Notes under the pieces: model-generated | What the model saw: only the letters and a program-made list of their open reading frames with translations | Told to the model about the DNA's origin: nothing | Databases searched by the model: none | Translations under genes and position numbers: made by a program | Virus record (IMG/VR): IMGVR_UViG_3300042868_009121 | Coordinates: 1 to 64,000 of that record | Direction: 5' to 3' (one strand) | Origin: a virus | DNA: 64,000 nucleotides | Shown here: positions 57,608-64,000 of the stretch, piece after piece | Layout of the letters: every line of letters starts with the position of its first letter | Numbering within the stretch: position 1 is the stretch's first letter

Positions 57608-57872
57608 TTTGAACATTGTTTTGATAATCATTTAGTGAAGCAATATACGCAACACAATCTAATAAATTGTCTTCTTTATGGTTGTAAGCTTGTCTTGATA
57701 ACTTTAATGCAATCATTGCGTTATACATATCAACTGCAGTTAGTTCTTTACGACTTAATAACGATGCAATTTTAGCTGCTTCTTGCATACCTTCTTGCAT
57801 TGGCCCATATTGACGGGCTTTCTCTTCAGATCTCTTGTAGATAATCTCGTTTGCTTGTTCTAGTATATTCAT
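57567..57872 (-). CDS. DUF6378-like all-alpha protein (possible dNTP pyrophosphatase)
   Basis: ILEQA..RQYG..MIALKLSR..HKEDNLLDCVAY. Confidence 0.65.
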   Translation of the reverse strand: MNILEQANEIIYKRSEEKARQYGPMQEGMQEAAKIASLLSRKELTAVDMYNAMIALKLSRQAYNHKEDNLLDCVAYIASLNDYQNNVQNEDTKVTKRKDPK

Positions 57873-57908
57873 GGAATAAATATAAAACAGAATTAATAAA
57901 TGGTAAAA

Positions 57909-58796
57909 CTATTCTCCTAAGTACTTAATAATATCAGACTTATCACCCCACTCTCTTTGAGAGTCTACATCACTTGGTTTAATTGTAGGCTTAGGCATAT
58001 TTCTAGCAACATTCCAGAACCAATTTCCAGAGTGACCATAACGTTTCATATAATCCCAACCTTTTGCATCATAGGTTTTGATACAATCAAATGGAGTATC
58101 GATGTCACAATCTTTAAGGAACTCTTTATGATACGCATAAAATTTAGCTCTACCTAATTCACCTGGTTGCACATTTCTTGCAACTGCTACTGCATTAAAT
58201 TTAGTATCTGGAAGTGCAATCTGAAGCGTTCTAGATAATACGCCTGTTGAGAATACACTCCACAATTCATCTATATTTTTATCTTTAAATGCTTCATGAA
58301 ATATCTTAACTCCGCCTGCTACAACTTGTTCATGTTTAAGACCGAATGGTAAATATTTTGCACCGATCTTTTTTGCAAAATCTTTTGCCCAACCATTAAT
58401 AGTAGGCATAGCAGGAGTTTTCAAGAATATAGGAGTCGCTCCATCTTCAATAACACGTAGTTGATGCTCAGATGCTTCTTTAGATGCTGGCATAAATAGT
58501 ATCAACTTTTTATTATACTTTTTAGCAAGATATGTTAATGAGTATGGAGCGTACCCTGTTCTAGGTGCAACATAAACTAAAGCATCTTCTTTTACTTGAC
58601 TAATCATAAAGTCTCCCATCTTTGCCTTACTACCATATTGAAACTCACCATCATCGATTATATTAAAACCTTCTGCTTGTTTTAATTTAAATTCAAAATC
58701 TGGTTTGTAGTTTTTCGTCATTTCAAGATAGTAGTTTAAATCTCTACCATCTGACATGTCTAAGTTAGATTGATCTGTTGCTTTGTTTATGAACAT
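57909..58796 (-). CDS. fold-type II PLP-dependent enzyme of the kind found in DNA-hypermodification clusters
   Basis: IIDD..GSK (PLP Lys), LVYVAPRTGYA, LPFGL, VFSTGVLSR, YDAKGW, FWNVA. Confidence 0.65.
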   Translation of the reverse strand: MFINKATDQSNLDMSDGRDLNYYLEMTKNYKPDFEFKLKQAEGFNIIDDGEFQYGSKAKMGDFMISQVKEDALVYVAPRTGYAPYSLTYLAKKYNKKLILFMPASKEASEHQLRVIEDGATPIFLKTPAMPTINGWAKDFAKKIGAKYLPFGLKHEQVVAGGVKIFHEAFKDKNIDELWSVFSTGVLSRTLQIALPDTKFNAVAVARNVQPGELGRAKFYAYHKEFLKDCDIDTPFDCIKTYDAKGWDYMKRYGHSGNWFWNVARNMPKPTIKPSDVDSQREWGDKSDIIKYLGE

Positions 58797-58798
58797 TT

Positions 58799-59485
58799 TT
58801 ATTTCTTTTCTTGAAGTTCTTTACTTAAATTACTAACCGGAACTGGTGTTCCTACAGGATATGGGAATCCTTCTTTAGCTGCAGTAATAGACGTCATTCC
58901 TGTTTTAACCGGAATAGCTTTACGTAGTGGAACTGCTGCTTCATTAAGTGGACCGTATACTTTTGCCAATACAATACCTGTAGATGTTGTATCAAAGATA
59001 ATTCCTGGCATAGCAAACATATTACTTTCACTTGTACTTGGATTATCAAGGTTTATAACAAATGCACGATTTACTGGAGGTAGTAATTCCCACTCTTTAG
59101 TTTCAGGATTAAACTGAGGTACTACCGTTGTTGAATCAAAATACCAGAATAGAGACCATGCTGTACCATTAGTTCCATCAGGAGTTTGAAAGTTTTCAGC
59201 TACATTGAATTTTCCATAAGTTCCACTAATGCCTTCCATTGCTAAATTAGAAATAGATGGTCCGTCTAATACAGGGCATATTGCACATCCTTCATCATAT
59301 TCAACTCCTTGAACGATAATCTTTTTTCCAGTAGGAATTGCTCCAGATGCACCGCAAAAAGCAAAAGATCCTTCGTGTACCTTTACTATTTTATCAAATT
59401 TAAGATCTTCAACTATCTCAGTGTTTGTCTTACAACTAACTAACATTACTAGTAGACTAACTACCATGAGTGCGCTTTTTTTCAT
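58799..59485 (-). CDS. lipoprotein of unknown function
   Basis: LVSC lipobox; additional Cys residues. Confidence 0.7.
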   Translation of the reverse strand: MKKSALMVVSLLVMLVSCKTNTEIVEDLKFDKIVKVHEGSFAFCGASGAIPTGKKIIVQGVEYDEGCAICPVLDGPSISNLAMEGISGTYGKFNVAENFQTPDGTNGTAWSLFWYFDSTTVVPQFNPETKEWELLPPVNRAFVINLDNPSTSESNMFAMPGIIFDTTSTGIVLAKVYGPLNEAAVPLRKAIPVKTGMTSITAAKEGFPYPVGTPVPVSNLSKELQEKK

Positions 59486-59496
59486 TTTTTTGTTTT

Positions 59497-60540
59497 TTAT
59501 TTTAATTTAATTGCGAAGTCATAATACTTGTCATGACCCCATGTTTGTTTAAGAATTGAATTATTTTTCATTCTATGACCATTATTTTTTATAATATGAT
59601 CTTCAGACTGATATTCTTGGAAATAACGAACCACGTCGCATGCTCTACTATCTTCACAATCAATTGGATTCAAGTTATACCTATTAGACAAGAATTGTAG
59701 TACTTCATTAATATACTCGAACTCTTTTACTTTAGGACTAACTTTAGGAAAAATAGCTTTAATACAACGAACTGCGTTTGTTCCTGCATATACCCAACCT
59801 TTAGGATTTACCATATTAGGAAAATATTCACCTAAGTCAGCAGCAAATGCAGTCAATACAAAGTTTTGTTTTTTAAATCCAACACTATTAAGATATTCAT
59901 TACCAATATCTGTTACTTGATAGATATCTAATCTTTTAGTAGTAACAGCTTCATAAATATGTCTAACTAAACCTTCTGAGTGTTCAAGAATAAAACGTCT
60001 TAAGTGTCCTCTAGTCTCGCCTTCAAAAGTGAATTGTGGAAGTAAGTATCCTTTATTATCTGTAAAAGGCGTGATGCGGTTTCTAAGGTCTTCTTTCCAT
60101 TCTGGCCATGTATATCTTTCTTTTAATATAGAATCTACAATCCAGAAATTACCGAAACCATGCGTACCCAGGATGTCCTTGATATGATCTGTTTTATATC
60201 TAGGTACGTAATTAATACCAGAACCACTTAGTCTAAATAAATAGAATAGCATAAACCAATCAAACTCATCTTTTATATCATGATGTGTAAAGTGATTACC
60301 CATTCCTCTTAAGTCTTTTTCTTTATACCATACGGCTTCAGTAAAAGCGCAGAATGCTGCAAATCTACGATGCGCAGTATCATAAATAGGCACATGATAA
60401 ATTAAATCGTCATTAACATCTGCAAGTAAGTCTCCATCATAAGGAAGCTTAAGACTACCATGTTGTTGCATTAATAAACTACGTTTATCGTATTCATCTA
60501 ATGCTTCAAGGAGTTTTTCGTTTATAATAAATTTAGTCAT
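59497..60540 (-). CDS. divergent amino acid:DNA transferase / aGPT-PPlase1-like protein
   Basis: C-terminal FVLTAFAADL..WVYAGTNAVRCI..PIDCEDSRACDVVRY parallels the family pattern F...E...DL..GPGA.RGL..D.E..LCE..KY; context next to the PLP and TS-like genes. Confidence 0.55.
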   Translation of the reverse strand: MTKFIINEKLLEALDEYDKRSLLMQQHGSLKLPYDGDLLADVNDDLIYHVPIYDTAHRRFAAFCAFTEAVWYKEKDLRGMGNHFTHHDIKDEFDWFMLFYLFRLSGSGINYVPRYKTDHIKDILGTHGFGNFWIVDSILKERYTWPEWKEDLRNRITPFTDNKGYLLPQFTFEGETRGHLRRFILEHSEGLVRHIYEAVTTKRLDIYQVTDIGNEYLNSVGFKKQNFVLTAFAADLGEYFPNMVNPKGWVYAGTNAVRCIKAIFPKVSPKVKEFEYINEVLQFLSNRYNLNPIDCEDSRACDVVRYFQEYQSEDHIIKNNGHRMKNNSILKQTWGHDKYYDFAIKLK

Positions 60541-60566
60541 ATATAAATGTATAAAAATTATGTTTA

Positions 60567-61247
60567 TTAATCAAATCTATCTTTGCAGTGATCAAAATGC
60601 CATCGCTGCATAGCATTGTATTGACCTATTTTTTTACAATATGGACACTCCACTTTTTTCCTATCTTTAGCTGATTCTGACATTTTAATTTTAGCTTCTT
60701 CTGATTTAGGTTTGCGCATCTTACTTATAGTATTTTTAGAGTGTTTTTTACCAAATCTCCAGTTTTTTTCTCCTATTCTAGAATTTGATATATTCAATCT
60801 ATGAGATTCAGAAAAAATCTTACCAGTATTAGGTCCTGGTTTGCCTATTTTAGCTTTTGACAGTTTCTTTTTATGATCTTCAGATAAAATTTTGCCTTTA
60901 TGAGAGATAGATATTTTTAATTTAGTTTCATAACTTACAACTTTTTCTCTCATTTTATTTTTACAATACTCATATACTCTAGAACTTGGTTTATATCTAT
61001 TTCCTTTCTCTGTAGGTATTATAGACATCATAGAAAAAGCATAAAATAGACTAGGATTATCAGGATATATTTCATGTAGTAACCAATGACATAAAAAATG
61101 TTCTCTTGCAGTAAGCTCTACTATATTATCTTTATCATTACAACCTCCAATACATTTAGGTATTATATGATGCTTTTCTTTATATCCTTCTACAATTCTA
61201 TTTTTAGCTCTGTATATAATTTGATCATATATTTTTTTATAATTCAT
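60567..61247 (-). CDS. free-standing HNH homing endonuclease with NUMOD3 repeats
   Basis: EKHHIIPKCIGG..LTAREHFLCHWLL; GKKHSKNT/SEDHKKKLS repeats; C-terminal CPYC..WHFDHC. Confidence 0.88.
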   Translation of the reverse strand: MNYKKIYDQIIYRAKNRIVEGYKEKHHIIPKCIGGCNDKDNIVELTAREHFLCHWLLHEIYPDNPSLFYAFSMMSIIPTEKGNRYKPSSRVYEYCKNKMREKVVSYETKLKISISHKGKILSEDHKKKLSKAKIGKPGPNTGKIFSESHRLNISNSRIGEKNWRFGKKHSKNTISKMRKPKSEEAKIKMSESAKDRKKVECPYCKKIGQYNAMQRWHFDHCKDRFD

Positions 61248-61258
61248 AAAAAAGAAAA

Positions 61259-61345
61259 TGGTCCAAAAAACAGAGGAGCTACTACCTTCCTAAGTTTAAA
61301 GGACCAATAAGTTTATTATAGAATGTTGGTAGTAGCAACTTTCTG
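61259..61345 (-). promoter_or_regulatory. structured (pseudoknot-capable) 5' leader of the HNH gene
   Basis: Interleaved complementary pairs 61278-86/61328-36 and 61259-64/61301-06; TATTTAT at 61352-58. Confidence 0.5.
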
Positions 61346-61358
61346 TCTATAATAAATA

Positions 61359-61589
61359 TCATAGTTTTTCTATTTCTTGTTTTACTTCTTCTAAATAATC
61401 CCAAACCTTTTTATCATAAAAACCTGCAAGTACTAATAGTTCGCCTATTGCTATTAATGCACATTGTTTAGCTTGTTTCCATGCTTTATATTCTTCAGAT
61501 ATACCTAAAGGCTCATTTATCCAAGCCTCATTAGGTGTTGTTTGGTAAAACTTATCTACTAATTCTTCTGCTTTTTCTTTTGGTGTCAT
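61359..61589 (-). CDS. MTPKEKA...EVKQEIEKL family protein
   Basis: Paralog of 62393..62647 and 2277..2486. Confidence 0.75.
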   Translation of the reverse strand: MTPKEKAEELVDKFYQTTPNEAWINEPLGISEEYKAWKQAKQCALIAIGELLVLAGFYDKKVWDYLEEVKQEIEKL

Positions 61590-61882
61590 TTATTATAAGT
61601 TTCATTGTAGTATTTAAAAAATGTTTGCCAATCTTCTTCAGCAATACCTTTTCCTTCAAATCTACCAGCTTGGTGAGCAGCTATCCAGCAATCTTCCATC
61701 TGCTCCATCTCCATTAATTTGGCTTGTTCAAATATCTTTTGCCACTCGAGAATATGTGGTTCACTTTTCAATAAAGTTTCAAAAAACCATTCTACTGCTG
61801 TTTGTTGTTTTGTTATTTGTGTAAATGTACCATACACAGGATAGCCATTTTCGTCTAGTGGATTGTCTGTTTGTCGTGCCAT
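61586..61882 (-). CDS. KQQTAVEW family small protein
   Basis: Paralog of 61855..62121. Confidence 0.7.
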   Translation of the reverse strand: MARQTDNPLDENGYPVYGTFTQITKQQTAVEWFFETLLKSEPHILEWQKIFEQAKLMEMEQMEDCWIAAHQAGRFEGKGIAEEDWQTFFKYYNETYNK

Positions 61883-62121
61883 ATTTTATCTTTAAATGTT
61901 TTATTATAATAATCTTCAAACGAATCACCATGACCTGTGTCTAACAATGCTAACATAGCGTGTTCATAACATGCTTTCATTTGCTCCCTCCCCATTGCTT
62001 TGGCTTTTTCAAATAAATACTCAAACAAAAACTGATTAGCCTCATACGCATTACCTATTTCTTTAGGAAACTTATTTTGTAATTCTATTAAAATCCAATT
62101 AACTGCTGTTTGTTGTTTCAT
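61855..62121 (-). CDS. KQQTAVxW family small protein
   Basis: KQQTAV.W..FEKAK.M.REQM..YYNKTFK. Confidence 0.7.
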   Translation of the reverse strand: MKQQTAVNWILIELQNKFPKEIGNAYEANQFLFEYLFEKAKAMGREQMKACYEHAMLALLDTGHGDSFEDYYNKTFKDKIWHDKQTIH

Positions 62122-62396
62122 ATATCATATGATTTAGGTGAAGGTAAGCCACTATAATGACAATCCAAACCATTAATCAACATCTCTGCAATATTCTTAT
62201 GTTTACGATCTATTTGATCATTTAGATTATCTATTCTAGTACTTAAATTATCCATGCTATTACTTAAATTATCTACTCTAGCATTTAAATAACCATGTAG
62301 AAATCCGTTAATCCAAAATCCTTTATCATTCTTATCACAACCATGACATCCTTCCCACTGGGTTTCAGCTAGTTGTTCTATTTCTTTTCGTGTCAT
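62118..62396 (-). CDS. WEGCxGC family small protein
   Basis: Paralog of 8241..8432; start MTRKEI. Confidence 0.7.
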   Translation of the reverse strand: MTRKEIEQLAETQWEGCHGCDKNDKGFWINGFLHGYLNARVDNLSNSMDNLSTRIDNLNDQIDRKHKNIAEMLINGLDCHYSGLPSPKSYDI

Positions 62397-62647
62397 AGTT
62401 TTTCTATTTCTTGTTTTACCTCTTCCCAATAAGATTTAGCCATTCTCCAATCACCACTATCAGACATTATCCCCATAGATAGTATTTCATCTACTGCAAC
62501 TAATGCATATATCTTAGCATGAATAACGGAATTAATTATTTGAATTGGAACTACTGTCTGTTCACCACTACTGTCTTCTATACGCTCAGTATGATATACA
62601 GTAAGAAACTTACTTACGAGTTGCTCTGCTTTTTCTTTTGGTGTCAT
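62393..62647 (-). CDS. MTPKEKA...EVKQEIEKL family protein
   Basis: Paralog of 61359..61589. Confidence 0.75.
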   Translation of the reverse strand: MTPKEKAEQLVSKFLTVYHTERIEDSSGEQTVVPIQIINSVIHAKIYALVAVDEILSMGIMSDSGDWRMAKSYWEEVKQEIEKL

Positions 62648-63573
62648 TTTACAAATTCGTTTGCGAACATATAATATTTAGGCTTCAAGTGTACTGATTG
62701 TTTAGGTTCCATGTATTCAAACATCTTCATTCCATCTTCATCAATCCATTCATTTGGCCATTGAAGTGTTTTAAGTCCTGAATTATTCATGATCCTATTT
62801 GCTGTATCTACCAATCTTGCTCTTTCTTGTCTTGTGCCAAAATAAGCTTGTTTTAGATATAAACCTGTACCAGGTAATTTACGACTTTCATGCTCAACTG
62901 GTAACAAATTAACTAGAGTTGCATTATTTAGTTTCTTAGCAAATTCTACATAACGTCTAATAAGATCTCCTACTGCTTCAGCAGGATTATCTTGCCTCAT
63001 TAAGTGAAAACGAATATCAATATTACCAAAGTAAAGAACTACTTCGTCATATTTTTGATTCCACTCTTCAATTAAAGAGTCGGCATCTTTTAAGAATCCA
63101 AACAAAGTTTTACCGTCTGTTCTATCAAGACCAAAACCAGGTCTCCATGCACTAAGCGAATGAGAATCACCTCTTACTAACTTCTTTGTATTATTTGCAT
63201 GTAGTCTAGCAAAGTCAATACAGTTGATTGCAGTAAACTGATGATCAATATTAAATCTTTTATTGAACACATTAAGATCAATAGGAACATTAACTGCAAT
63301 AGCTAAACCTTTATAATTAGCCATAGCTTCAAGCTTAGCTCTATGTTCAGGTTGTGGTCCTCCAATAAAATTGAATACGTTCTCTTGATAGTTAACTCCT
63401 TCTAGAATGTAGAGTCTTTCATATTCATTCCATGTTGAAGGATCTGGATTAACATCTAAATCTCCTGGGTGTTCTGATTTTAGTATGTTCAACATAACAT
63501 GATAATAGCCGCCGCCGTGATGGCTTTGGCTACTACCAACATTATTGAGCATACCTACTACGGCTGCTTTCAT
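62644..63573 (-). CDS. two-domain protein with C-terminal SGNH hydrolase/acyltransferase-like domain
   Basis: GDSH (block I), DGKT (II), FGNID (III), SVHL (V). Confidence 0.6.
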   Translation of the reverse strand: MKAAVVGMLNNVGSSQSHHGGGYYHVMLNILKSEHPGDLDVNPDPSTWNEYERLYILEGVNYQENVFNFIGGPQPEHRAKLEAMANYKGLAIAVNVPIDLNVFNKRFNIDHQFTAINCIDFARLHANNTKKLVRGDSHSLSAWRPGFGLDRTDGKTLFGFLKDADSLIEEWNQKYDEVVLYFGNIDIRFHLMRQDNPAEAVGDLIRRYVEFAKKLNNATLVNLLPVEHESRKLPGTGLYLKQAYFGTRQERARLVDTANRIMNNSGLKTLQWPNEWIDEDGMKMFEYMEPKQSVHLKPKYYMFANEFVK

Positions 63574-63593
63574 AACTTATTGTTTTTTAAATA

Positions 63594-64000
63594 TTACATT
63601 CCCATAGTCATGTCCATCATAGGATCTGACTTGTCATTTTTTTCTTTCTTTTCAAATACAACAGATTCAGTTGTCAAAATAGTTCCTGCTACTGATGTTG
63701 CATTCTTAAGTGCTGTAATAACAACTTTAGCTGGATCAATGATGCCTGATTCAAACGCATCTACCATTTTATGATTCTTTGCATCATAAATTTTATTTTT
63801 TACTAATTCGCTTGGAATATAATTCCACCAGTCTTCTACACCAGCATTAGATAAAATCTTAATAAATGGTGCTTGTAAAGCATTGCGAACAATATCTCTA
63901 GCGATTGCTACATTGCTATTGCTTTCTGCTCTATGATTAAGTGCTACTCTATAAAGTGTTGCACCACCACCAGGTACGATACCGTCAGCAAGAGCTGCTT
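63594..64000 (-). CDS. groEL: chaperonin GroEL, C-terminal part (runs off the window; absent from the ORF track)
   Basis: AALADGIVPGGGA ... GIIDPAKVVITALKNATSVAGTILTTESVV ... MMDMTMGM. Confidence 0.93.
   Translation of the reverse strand, partial: AALADGIVPGGGATLYRVALNHRAESNSNVAIARDIVRNALQAPFIKILSNAGVEDWWNYIPSELVKNKIYDAKNHKMVDAFESGIIDPAKVVITALKNATSVAGTILTTESVVFEKKEKNDKSDPMMDMTMGM

Noticed and set aside
110-63774. Most plus-strand ORFs in the track (e.g. 110..385, 259..750, 36383..36748, 47272..47595, 63499..63774)
   Set aside because: Antisense shadows of well-supported minus-strand genes; 63499..63774 is antisense to groEL
1-64000. Stop-codon reassignment as in some large Bacteroidota phages
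   Set aside because: Long conserved genes are intact in code 11, and TAA, TAG and TGA all end genes; no clear suppressor tRNA
1-64000. Bacterial chromosome origin (because of groEL, TBDR, LPS-like genes, tmRNA)
   Set aside because: Dense single-strand small ORFans, endolysin cassette, homing endonuclease, T4-like nucleotide genes and lack of housekeeping operons indicate a phage

Overview
A 64-kb segment of a large, AT-rich, tailed dsDNA phage genome (jumbo/huge-phage style), read in the standard genetic code with nearly all genes on the minus strand. The host is probably Bacteroidota: TAnnTTTG promoter motifs, a Bacteroidota-type TonB receptor, lipoproteins and few Shine-Dalgarno motifs point that way. 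Layout: (1) 0.1-19 kb, dense small hypothetical genes, four of them behind a repeated ~150-bp promoter cassette with three IHF-consensus sites each. (2) 19-39.5 kb, a glycosylation locus with about eight glycosyltransferase-like genes, RfbH-type E1 dehydrase, two Gmd, a sugar C-methyltransferase, FkbM, and a ThDP enzyme + DmpF + DmpG trio suggesting a C4-branched higher-carbon sugar. (3) 41.5-43.6 kb, an RNA cluster: tRNA-Leu, -Ile2/Met and -Thr, tmRNA, an aberrant tRNA-like RNA and an unassigned ~290-nt structured RNA. (4) 44-51 kb, a TonB receptor/lipoprotein pair and a lysis-type cassette (GH19 endolysin, holin/spanin-like genes) containing a PAS-PAS-2TM sensor fusion. (5) 53-64 kb, nucleotide metabolism plus a probable DNA hypermodification module (dCMP-type thymidylate synthase paralog, PLP enzyme, amino acid:DNA transferase-like protein, SGNH protein), an HNH endonuclease and the 3' end of groEL. 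All family assignments come from motif recognition by eye, with no database searches.
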